Origin: a virus
Virus record (IMG/VR): IMGVR_UViG_3300033146_003076
Span: 14,864 to 78,863 of that record
DNA: 64,000 bases
Reading direction: 5' to 3' (one strand)
The position numbers were made by a program, and so were the translations under genes. Shown piece after piece: positions 40,938 to 51,195 of the stretch. The notes under the pieces were generated by a model that was not told the DNA's origin, ran no database searches, and was given only the letters and a program-made list of their open reading frames with translations. Position 1 is the stretch's first letter; each line of letters begins with the position of its first letter.

Positions 40938-43900
40938 TTAAAAGAATATCATCTCATCATAATCTATTATTTTAATAAACCATTCAAAATTATTTAATAT
41001 ATTAATAAAGCCATCTATGTTATGTGCTTCATTCTTTTGGTATAACTTTAATAGGTTTTTAAATTCTTTAATACTTTCTTCTTTAATAATGATGATTGGG
41101 TATTCACTTGCTTCATTATCATATAATTTAATTGTTCTTATTTTTTCCATTTTCTTTTCCTCTTAACTTTTCAATTAATCTTAAGACATCTTCATCTTTT
41201 GTTCTTTGGTATAACCTATTTAATATTTCTAATTCTTCTTCATTCATCATCGTCTCTCCAATCTAAAACAATAATGTGTGGACAACCTTCACAAGTATAT
41301 TTATCATAAACATAATTATCATATTTTGTTTTTCCAGCGTATTCTAATGGTTTTATACAATTTGGACATATCATTTTATTGCACCTCTTTTCTTAATTCT
41401 TTAATATCAATTTCTATATTATCAAATAAGAAAACAACAAAATCATTATTTGTAAGTTTAATAATTTCTTCTTCTGTTGCTTCTTTTAATTTCTCTTTTA
41501 ATAAATCTAAATCAGTATCCTTATAATTATAACTTGTATAACTATAATTCTCACAAGTATGAAATCCTCCCTGTACATCATTACGAATATCAAATTTTAA
41601 TATTTTATTAATTTCATTTCTGGCCATTTGTAATATATGATCATAAATAATATAACAAATATCTAAATCTTTAAATGGTGCTTCTGTTTTTTTTGCCCAT
41701 TCTTCACATAAATCATAAAATTTTGAAACAGTTATATTTACTTCTCTTGCTACTCTTATTGCCTCATAGATATTGCTACTACCAAAAGGACAACAATAAT
41801 GTTTAAATTCATTAATACTATCTAATCCCATTTTATTGCCCCCTCCCTTCGTAAACTTCTTTTAAAAACTCATCATATTTTATCCAAAATTTACATTCTT
41901 TTTTAACAGAACATAAATTACAATCTTCTTTTTCTAAATATTCACATTTCATCTTTTCCTCCTTAACTCTCTCAAGCAGTGATTAGTGCGACCCCCTTTG
42001 TATTAAAGGGATTGTTAATATTCTCCACTTAACATAAATACATTATCAGTAAAGAAACATTTAACATTTCTTTTTGCGTCTGTCCATTTGTATTCCTGTT
42101 TGTATAATTCTTTTGTATCTCCATCTGTTATGATCATCATTGCCATTTCTTCTTCTACTTCTAGTTTAACTGTACAGAATGGTTCTTTTATTTTATTTTT
42201 TAGTATTACAAGAGCGTCTGTTACAAACCATGAGTAACCATTCTCCATTAGGTATTTAATTCCATCTGTGCATTTAGCGTTTAATATATCATAGTATTTT
42301 TCTGTTCCGTTGAATATGTGTAATTCTTTTAGTTCTTTATCCATTTTACAATCCCCACTGTGTTAGTTGATTACTAACTTGTATTTTTTCTTCATCATTA
42401 ATGCTATCAAAATACTGCATTAACAATTTATATCCTGCTTCGTAGTTACCGCTGCATTGATTTCTATTATTTAATTCTCTTGTTATAACTTTAATCTTAT
42501 GTTTCAAGAACTCTGTTGATATTTCTTTTACATCCATTTTATTTTACCTCTTATTTATCATTCTTTATAACTTCTAAATAAGTTTCAATATTTTGAATAA
42601 CATCATAATAACATGCGTCTATTAACATATTACTATCTTCTGGTATCTTTATATTTCTATTTTTCAAAAATACCATTAGTAAAATATTTAATTTTTCTTC
42701 TTCTTCCTCATTCATTTCCATTTTATTTTACCTCTAACATTCTGCTTCGAATCTACATTCTCCTTGTGCTTCTACACATTCTAATATTTTCTTACCTAAT
42801 CCTTCTCTCGCATACCATGTTAATAATTCTTTAACTTTACTTTCATTTACTTTAAAATATTCAGCCAACTTTTCATAAGTATAACCACATTTTCCTTTAA
42901 AATAATTATCTAATTTACTTTTGAACCCTTTTAGATTTTCTTTACATTCCTTTAATCCTTTCCTAATATCTTTTAAGTTGTCTTCATCAAAATAATATTC
43001 TATGTATGCTGGTTCAAATCCTTTTGATCCAAAAAACTCAGCATCATCACTGGATTGTATTCCAAATCAGAACTTTCCTTCTATGTCTCCTGAAAAATAT
43101 CTTCCCATTTTAATTACCTCTAAATTGTTTTATTATTTTATTTATTGCATACCTTTGTGAATCTATGATCCTTGTGCTTAAAGGGTCTGTAAAATCAAGA
43201 TAACAATTCCTTTTCTTAATATACATCATTTGGTTATAGTCTTTGTTAAATCCCCCTGGTGCGTTTAAGTATCCATCCATATCTATGTTAATTGTTTCTA
43301 TTGTCTTTCTTCCATGTCTGTTTGTTATTAGTATTTGTTTTGTTTCTGTGTTTAATTCTGCTGTTTGGTTGTTATCTCTTACAGATTTGTTTGTTTCTTT
43401 AATCATCATTTTAATTCACCTCAAAATTAAACTCTGTAATTAAGATCATGTTTCTTCTATCGTATAAAAAATATAAATCTAAATCTATAAGAAAATTTCC
43501 TTCATTTTTTATTTCCACTACAATTTCATAATCGCTGGGGAAATAATCATCCTCTGCATAACTTTTAAAACTTAAATCTATTTTTGCTTCTGAAAAAAGT
43601 TCTTTTAGTTTTCTTTTAATATCTTTTAAATCATTAAATCTCATTCCTTCCATCATTGAAAAAAATATATCCATGTTGTTTATGTGCATCATTTTCTTTT
43701 CCTCCTTTGAGTTGGTGTTGACACCAACGATTAGTCTGTCCCCTTTAATTATCTTCTTCCATACATTTCAAATAATCTTTTTTTGCTTTTTTAAAGGACT
43801 GTAAATATTTCTCTTTTAATTCTTCTTCTGTTATCCCTATTGCTTCTAGTGTTTCATCAATATCATAAGTAATACAATATTCATGGTTAGCTAATTCATA

Positions 43901-44516
43901 TCTAAACATTTGAAATTGATATTCTTTATCTTTCCTTAGTTCTTCTTCTCTTTTGTGTTGTTTCTCCATTAGTTCTGAATAGTCTTTTTCATTTTCCTTT
44001 TTAATAAATCCACAATAACCTATTGTTACTATTTCTTTTTTTGTGCAATTAAATTTCTTTAATCCTTCGTTCATTTGTTCTTCTGAGAATGCAAAGAATA
44101 TTGGAAATTCATTTATTTCTTTTTGCACTAATTCTTGATTCATAATATATTTATTCATTTTATTAGCTCCTTTATTTTATTAATAAACCTTTTTGATATA
44201 ATTTTTGTCTTTTTATTCTTGTTTCTTGTGATGCCTTAACTTGTGTTTCCCTATCATAATATATCATACTGCCACCTCTTTCTTTTCTTCTTAATAGGTT
44301 TTGTTCATGTTTATCTGGATCACCTATCCATCTAATTAAACTTCTTGATACATTAAATCTTTTTGCTAATTTTCTTTGCGATATTTCTCCATACAATCTC
44401 TTTATCATTTTTCTATCTTCTAAAGATAATTTAACCCTTTTATCTTTATTTCTGGGTATTTTAAGATGTGTGTATTCACTTTTATAAGGCATATTACTCA
44501 CGCTCCATTTATTCAT
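40938..44516 (-). CDS. Early small-gene cluster (41376-41831, DUF6876-like 42015-42344, 43110-43409, 43411-43692, 43745-44158, HTH 44172-44516)
   Basis: SD-led ORFs; TDGIKYL...SWFVTD...MLSGEY; ISQRKLAKRFNVSRSLI HTH. Confidence 0.6.
43704..43747. repeat. 44-bp intergenic repeat copy 1 (palindrome plus oriented motif)
   Basis: Identical to 44522-44565. Confidence 0.95.
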
Positions 44517-44521
44517 TTTCC

Positions 44522-44565
44522 CCTTTGAGTTGGTGTTGACACCAACGATTAGTCTGTCCCCTTTA
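44522..44565. repeat. 44-bp intergenic repeat copy 2
   Basis: Identical to 43704-43747. Confidence 0.95.
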
Positions 44566-44967
44566 TTATAAAAGGTCTTGTTCACGAAAGGAATAATATT
44601 CTTCTTTAGTTACTATAATATGATCTATTAGTTTAATATCTATTATTTCTCCTGCTTCCTTAATTTTCTTTGTAACTTCTTTATCTTGTGTTGATGGTTT
44701 GTTATTTCCGCTTGGGTGGTTGTGAGCCATTATTATTGCGTTACAGCTCATTGTTATTGCTTTCTTAAATATTTCTCTTGGTGCAATAATTGTGGCGTTA
44801 AGAGTACCTATTGCCACGATTTCTCTATATATTGGGTTGTTTGCTGTGTTTAATCCTATTACTATCACAAACTCCCTATCTTCTTCTTCAAATTCTCTTA
44901 GATATTTCTTTAAGATCTTTGGTGAATTTATTTTTTTGTTTGTTTCTATTTCTTTTAACAGTTTCAT
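44566..44967 (-). CDS. radC: RadC-like JAB domain protein
   Basis: REF...IGTLN...PREIFK..HNHPSG...PS..D...LIDHII. Confidence 0.92.
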   Translation of the reverse strand: MKLLKEIETNKKINSPKILKKYLREFEEEDREFVIVIGLNTANNPIYREIVAIGTLNATIIAPREIFKKAITMSCNAIIMAHNHPSGNNKPSTQDKEVTKKIKEAGEIIDIKLIDHIIVTKEEYYSFREQDLL

Positions 44968-45321
44968 TTTATCCCATATATGAGTTTTTTACTTCGTACA
45001 ATTCTTTTACTTCATACTTCTTATAAATTAATTCTAATTGGTAATCTATAACTGCGTCTGTTTCTTGTTCTTCCATTCCTGGTTCAACTTTATTTAATAT
45101 TTCTAATATCTGTTCCAACATTTTCTTTCCCTCAATATTCAAAAAATACATTATTTCCCATTTGGAAGTCGTATTCTTTATTATTTAAATTGGGTAATTT
45201 CCAGTTAAATGTTTCTCCTTTACAGTGCAAATTTATTCCTTCTACTAAATAAGGGTATTTTTTATTTTTTGACCTAATAGTCATTTTCTTTATAATCCAA
45301 TGTTTCATTTTGTTTTCCTCC

Positions 45322-45702
45322 TTATTCTAATACAACTCTTTCATGTTTACACCAAGAATCTTTTTGAAATTCCTCAAAATCTTTGTAGGTTATTCCTTTT
45401 GTTCCTTTAAATCTATCAAATGTTTCTTCAATATGTTTTAATTTTGGGTTTTCAATTTGTTCAAACCTTTGAGATCCCTTTCCTGTTTCTATTGTTGGTT
45501 TACAAACACTGGCAAAATCAATTCCAAAGAAGTATCCTATTTGAATGTATGCAATTTGGTTCTTCTTATTTAGTACATGAACCCAAGAATAGTCTTTTGT
45601 TACTGGGATATATACTTTATATCCATTTTCTATTAATACTTTGACATATTTTTTTAATGTTTCTTTATCTCTTCCCTTAAAATTTAAATCTTTTTGTTTC
45701 AT
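45322..45702 (-). CDS. Hypothetical protein
   Basis: ORF with GGTGA SD directly downstream of repeat copy 3. Confidence 0.65.
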   Translation of the reverse strand: MKQKDLNFKGRDKETLKKYVKVLIENGYKVYIPVTKDYSWVHVLNKKNQIAYIQIGYFFGIDFASVCKPTIETGKGSQRFEQIENPKLKHIEETFDRFKGTKGITYKDFEEFQKDSWCKHERVVLE

Positions 45703-45709
45703 TTTATCA

Positions 45710-45753
45710 CCTTTGAGTTGGTGTCAACACCAACAATTAGTTTGTCCCCTTTT
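45710..45753. repeat. 44-bp intergenic repeat copy 3 (5 mismatches)
   Basis: CCTTTGAGTTGGTGTCAACACCAACAATTAGTTTGTCCCCTTT. Confidence 0.9.
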
Positions 45754-46159
45754 TATTTGTTAAAGGATTGTGAATTTCTTGTTCCTTCAAGAGTATCACA
45801 TAAGGGTGTGTAGTGTTCCATTAATATTATCATATCTTTCATTTTCTTTTACCTCTTTTTTATTTTCTCGAAGTTCCTATCAAAACTCCTACTAATGCTC
45901 CATTTACCATACATCCTACTAAAGGTATGTAATCTGTGTAATCCGCCCCAAATTGTATCATTGAGTTACCTATAATCACTATTGTTATGCCTATTAATAA
46001 TTTTATATTTTGGTTCATTTTCTTTTACCTCTCATTAATTTTTCGTAATCATTATTTTTATCGCATAAGATCTTTAATCTTGATGCTAACATTTCTTCTC
46101 CTGCTTCTGGGTATCTTTCTGCGATCCATTTTGCTTTCCTTAAAAATGCTTTATTCATT

Positions 46160-46660
46160 TTCTGTTTGATTCTGGGTTTTTCCCAGAATTTAATCTGTTG
46201 TTATAAGTTGGATTAACAACTTTAAACATCAATTTACTTATGTTATCTAAATATTCTTTTTTGTATTTCATTTTCTTTTCCTCTTTGATTCTGGGTTAAT
46301 CCCCTAATCTTATCTTCATTTGGTTGTGTCAACACCATCCACTTTAAACTTAAAGTTAATGTTGACACCAACTCTAGTGATTAGTGCGTCCCCTTTAATC
46401 TGTTAAAAAAAATAGTTCCTTCAGTTAGGGGTTAAGAAGGAACTTAGAATAAGTGTGATTCTGGGTTAATCCCTTAATAGCCTGCAGGTATTCACCTGAA
46501 TATTATTATGGGATTATTCCCTAATTTGTTTAAGTTGGAGTTAATGTCAACACCAACTCTTAAAAGGAGGTGTTTGGGAAAAGGGACTTCTCCTTTTCCC
46601 ATTTAAGTATGAAGAGAGAATGTAAAGGAATTACCACAAGGGGATCTATACCTTTAACCT
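46160..46660. promoter_or_regulatory. Non-coding regulatory hub with three motif classes and hairpins
   Basis: Four TGGG-N5-CCC-type palindromes, three GTT..TGT..ACACCAAC-type palindromes, one GATTAGTGCGTCCCC motif, hairpins at about 46414-46444 and 46575-46601. Confidence 0.7.
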
Positions 46661-46996
46661 TATTAATCTTTAATCTAATTAACTATAACTATTATAATTA
46701 ATTATTTAGAATTTTATTTATTTAATTTATTTTAAAATAATTTAAACTAAATAAATATAGAAATATAAATAAGTAGAATACTTTAAAAGGTTATTCTTCT
46801 AAAACCTTTTATACTTTTTTAAAACTACAATTTTAATATAGTTGATTTAAGTTGTTATACTTTTTTTCAACTATCTTATTTGAATATAGTTTTATTAAGT
46901 AAATTACTTATTTGTTTTGTGTTATGACTAGGCATAATCACACAAATAAATTTGTGAAAACAACATTAATTTGTCGCTTGAGTGGTTTATTCTAAC

Positions 46997-47791
46997 TTAA
47001 TTTAAATGATTCATAAATAAATCATTTAATACTCTTTGTTGTGATTTCTTAATACTTTTTAGTATTAAGTTTGAGAAGTTATAATTTAAACTATAACTTC
47101 TCTTTTGGACCTTATTACATATAAAAAAAGCATATAATTGTTTTGCTTTATTTGTTATTATTCCACTTCTTAATAGGTTTAATTCCCTATTATAAAGTGG
47201 TTTTAAGTAAGTTTTAAACTTAATATCCTTTTTAATGTTCTTTATTTGGATATTAATATATTTAATTAATTCTTTAAAATATTGATGCTTTGCTTTATAG
47301 CCATCAATTTTATTTAAAAATGAAATATCAAAAGAATATTTATTTAAGATTTCTGTTTTAATCTTTTCGATTAATTCAACAGAATTATTATTGTTATTAT
47401 CATTATCATTAGGAATATAATTATAATTAGAAATATTATTATTGAAATCTTTAAAAAAAGATATTCTTTTTTTCTGTTCTTTAAAAGAAATATCAATTTT
47501 TTTGTTATTAATTGAAAACTTTTTAAGGTTTTCAAGATAATTATATCTTTTCTTTTGTTGTTCAAAAGAAAAAACATTGTTTACTTTAGTTTTAAGAATA
47601 CTTTTAAACTCAAGTATCCTTTTTTTATGTCCTTGCAACTGTGCAAGAACTTTAAAAGCAACACTAGGGTATACTTTGTTATAATTAGTATTAAAACTAT
47701 TCTTATATAGTAATAATACTTTATAATCCTTTAAAGAAGTGTTGCTTATTACTTCCTTAATATCTTTTTTAATAGTAATTCTGTTTTCCAT
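46997..47791 (-). CDS. Basic low-complexity hypothetical protein
   Basis: 264-codon ORF in extremely AT-rich DNA. Confidence 0.5.
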   Translation of the reverse strand: MENRITIKKDIKEVISNTSLKDYKVLLLYKNSFNTNYNKVYPSVAFKVLAQLQGHKKRILEFKSILKTKVNNVFSFEQQKKRYNYLENLKKFSINNKKIDISFKEQKKRISFFKDFNNNISNYNYIPNDNDNNNNNSVELIEKIKTEILNKYSFDISFLNKIDGYKAKHQYFKELIKYINIQIKNIKKDIKFKTYLKPLYNRELNLLRSGIITNKAKQLYAFFICNKVQKRSYSLNYNFSNLILKSIKKSQQRVLNDLFMNHLN

Positions 47792-47849
47792 TTTCTTGAC
47801 TTATTTTTTAAATTTAATTCAAATAAAAAAAATAAAATAATAGTCTAAT

Positions 47850-48600
47850 TTATAGACTAAAATTTTTATACTCGCTCTCTAATTCAGTTTTATTTGATTT
47901 TCTAACTAATCCAATAACTGAATTTTTCACAAGAAATTTTTCTACATTATCTTTTAAAGTTTCAATTTCTTTTAAACTTTCTGTTGAAACTTTTGTTTTA
48001 AAATTAGTTTCTTTTGAAATTTTAACTTCATTTCCTTTGGTATCTTCCAAAGTAATTGTTGATTTAATTGCTTTTGTACTTGCAATTATTTCTTTTTGTG
48101 TGTTGATTCTTTTAATTGCTTTTTCTTGCAATTCTTTTAATTCAAATTCAATATATTTATTTTTGTTTTCCATTTTTTGTCTCCAATATAACTTTTAAAG
48201 TTATATTTATTTTGTTGGTTTAAACGGCATTTAATCCTCTTTAAACCTTTAAATAATCCCTTTTCAGGCATTAATTGGTTTATATCCTTTGTGTTGTCCT
48301 TTGCTTATTCTTATGGGTCTTTTGTTCCTTTGATAATTTGTGTTTAATTCTTTTATTGTTTTCATTTTGTCACCTTTTTTTTTAAATATCTTTTTTATGT
48401 ACCCATAACTTAAAAGAAAACCTATTAAATGGTTTCTTTATTAATGGTATTAACCAATTTGTAAATGGTAAACATAATAAAATAATACTCACAATTATAA
48501 ATAAATATGGTATATTAATTGATTTACCATATTGTTTATATGTTTCTCTTTTACAATTCATTTTTTTAAGCATTTTGTTAATACTTTTTTGGTTTGTCAT
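47850..48600 (-). CDS. First early genes (47850-48173 coiled coil; 48382-48600 membrane protein)
   Basis: ORFs downstream of strong promoter. Confidence 0.55.
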
Positions 48601-48619
48601 ATATAGATAATAGTGTAGT

Positions 48620-48640
48620 GGTATATAAACCTTTTGGTTG
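48620..48640 (-). promoter_or_regulatory. Archaeal BRE-TATA promoter (leaderless)
   Basis: Minus strand CAACCAAAAGGTTTATATACC about 25 nt upstream of ATG 48600. Confidence 0.75.
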
Positions 48641-48641
48641 T

Positions 48642-48855
48642 TTCTGACATTATCCCGTAATCTTTTTTTGTATTCTGGTATTATTCCATAATTTGGTGGT
48701 TTTTTATACTTTTTTGTGTCGTTTGTGTCGGTTATTTGTTATTATGGGATAATACCAGAACGTGAGGATCAGGATTCTTGTCGGAATGATACCAGAATAT
48801 ACCTGCATGGCTTCTGTTGGGATTATACCAGAACGTATGTCGGGATATACCCCCC
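48642..48855. repeat. Array of six imperfect palindromes TTMTGGK-N5-MCCAKAA
   Basis: Copies at 48642, 48672, 48741, 48778, 48815, 48837. Confidence 0.75.
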
Positions 48856-49288
48856 ATCGTTTTTATTCAATAGGAAGTAATAACTGCTATAGTCACTTGT
48901 TATTATTGCTTATACATTTTTGAGAATTCTTACTGCTTTTCACTGTTTTCCTGTTGATTCTTACTGTTTTCCACTAATTCCGAATTTCGTTTTCTCCGTA
49001 TTTCGTACTTTTGAGAAACCTATTTCCTGTGGAACTCTGTTATTTGGGTTGGTGAGTATGGGGATTAGGCTATTCTTCCTTATGAAATGAAAGGGTTATC
49101 CTTTATTATGGGTTATTGGCTACTACCCTACTTTTTACATCCATTAGAATGGTATTCTTTGTAATAATACCCGGGACAAAATTGAGTCCCCTTTTTCCTT
49201 GTTTCCACCTATTGTTCTTGTGGAACCTTCTTAAAATTTTTTTCCTTAGAATTCTTTATGCTTAATTTTTTTTCGAATATCTTTATGT

Positions 49289-50059
49289 TTATTCTTCCTT
49301 TTTAATTTGATTTTTTATTTCTTGTTTAATCATGTTATATTTTTTATTTCTTAGGTTTCTGTGTGTAAAATATTTTATTAGTTTATGTAGATCTTCTGCG
49401 AATACTTCTATTATTACTTTATATGTTGATGTTCCATTTCCGTACCATCCTTTTCTTATTTCAAAATTATTAAGTGTTGGATAATTATTTTCAATAAACC
49501 TTTCTTTTTTATTTAATTCTGTTTTTAATTGTTCAATAATTTGTTTATGGTCTATAATTTCCTTTTTCAGTTCTTCTATTTTTTTATTCTTCATTTTTTC
49601 CTCTTTTTCTTACTTTTGCTAATTTTTTTTCGAGCCTTCGGCTTTATTTTATCTTTCTTCATTTCTTCATGATATTCTTCTGCTTCTTTTGTGTGTCTGA
49701 ATAAATTTTTTTCATATTCTTTTCTGCATGATTTTTGGAATCCACATAATTTGCATGTTAGTGTTGGTTGATGAAAGTATGTTTTTCCGTAGCAGCATGT
49801 TGATATTTCTTGTTTGTCTGTTGTCATTTTATATTACCTTTATTCCTAATTTTATTACTATTATTAATCCTATTATTAGTGTTATTATGCATGCTATTGC
49901 TAATACTAATAATAGTGTTGCTAATAAGAATCCTAATGCTTGGCCTATTTTGTAGTATATTGCTACCTTTTTTGTTGAAATGTTATGTTTTTTCATTATT
50001 TCCCACCTTTTATTTTTTTTGTGACCTTTTTTGTATTCTGTTTGTGTTTTATTTTTCAA
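49289..50059 (-). CDS. Three small genes (coiled coil, Cys-rich, membrane)
   Basis: ORFs 49289-49594, 49591-49827, 49829-50059; promoter-like AAAAGGTTTAAATA at about 50062-50076. Confidence 0.5.
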
Positions 50060-50424
50060 TCTATTTAAACCTTTTGTTTATTGTTTTATACTTGTATACT
50101 TTTTTGTATATTAGCAATCCAAACATTTAAATACTTAGGATTTCTAATTCTTTTTAATAAGGAGGTTTTTTTTATGATAGAGAATATGATTATTGGTTTT
50201 GGTGCTACTTGTTATGATATAGATTACACTTTTGTTGATGGTGTTTTCCGTGTTTTGTATGTTGACGATGTAAGTTTTTTGGTATAATTTTTTGGTGATA
50301 ATATGACTTTAACTGAATATGATTATAAATGTGATATTAATTTATTAAAACGTCAAAAATTCGAGTTACTTATTTTACTTTTGAGTATGGTTTTTATTAT
50401 TATTATAATTTTGATAGTTAAGCG

Positions 50425-50655
50425 GTGAAAAAGAAGATGAAAGCTAGAGGAATATCATCGCCAGATGAAGCTGATGCGTTTGTATTATCTAATACAAGTT
50501 TAATTTATAATAAAGAAGTCATGTCCAACATAGTTGATGAACCTGAACATGATTTAGAAACTGTTCAAGAAAAAGTTAAAGAGTTTCATAATAGTGGTTT
50601 TGATGAACGTAAGAAGTTTTTAATGAGTAATATGAAACGTCGTAAACGTTACTAA
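50425..50655 (+). pseudogene. Relic C-terminal fragment of a terminase large subunit
   Basis: KKKMKARGISSPDEADAFVLS matches the TerL nuclease end motif (K..MK.RG..SPD.ADA); in-frame stop just upstream. Confidence 0.55.
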
Positions 50656-50695
50656 AATAAAAACATTTATATGTTATTAATATAAATAATATAAT

Positions 50696-50859
50696 AATTG
50701 TAAGATATTTAAATACTGGCACGGGAGATACCCTATAACTCAAAGGGGCTGGCAAGTGCTGAAAGGAGAAATCCAAAGTCGAGTTAAAGTGGAGTTTGTT
50801 TTTTCGAGGTAAAGGCGTTAGCTGGGTGTTCAAGTCCCCCTCTTAAATATCTTACAATT
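50696..50859 (+). ncRNA. Unclassified structured ncRNA with T-arm-like 3' element
   Basis: 17-bp perfect closing stem, internal helices, GNRA hairpin, GTTCAAGTC loop, TATA box about 25 nt upstream. Confidence 0.6.
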
Positions 50860-50884
50860 TTATAATTACAAGAGGTAAAACATA

Positions 50885-51133
50885 ATGAAAAAAATATATA
50901 AAATTAAATTAAAAGATTGGACTTATGATGAGTGGGATAGTTGGGTAGTTATTGCAGAGAATGAAGAAGAAGTAAAAAAGTTATGTAATATTAGAGAATT
51001 AGAAGACCCAGAGAATGATAAGAGAATGCATGATAATCAATATGAAAACAATATTGAATATATTAAAGAGATTGGTGTTACTAAAGGAGATGTCAAGTCA
51101 GAGATAGCACTAGGAAGTTTTAATGCAGGATAA
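50885..51133 (+). CDS. Hypothetical phage protein
   Basis: YDEWDSWVVIAENEEEV motif; SD. Confidence 0.65.
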   Translation: MKKIYKIKLKDWTYDEWDSWVVIAENEEEVKKLCNIRELEDPENDKRMHDNQYENNIEYIKEIGVTKGDVKSEIALGSFNAG

Positions 51134-51195
51134 ATAAAGATGAAAAAAAAAGAATCAACAGGACAAATGATAAAAGAGTATAGAAATAAAACTTT

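Noticed and set aside
43704-45753. CRISPR or integron attC array
   Set aside because: Spacing is 0.8-1.2 kb with whole genes between copies; no integrase seen and no attC R/L box structure
12578-46169. Plus-strand ORFs antisense to minus-strand genes (e.g. 12578-12976, 15034-15561, 20322-20774, 29596-30108)
   Set aside because: F/L/S/I-rich shadow translations with no SD, overlapping well-supported genes
48642-48855. Mini-CRISPR array
   Set aside because: Repeats are degenerate and in mixed orientation, spacers are only about 10-50 nt and irregular, and there are no cas genes
50750-50780. Hammerhead ribozyme core
   Set aside because: CTGAAAG does not match CUGANGA and the stems do not fit
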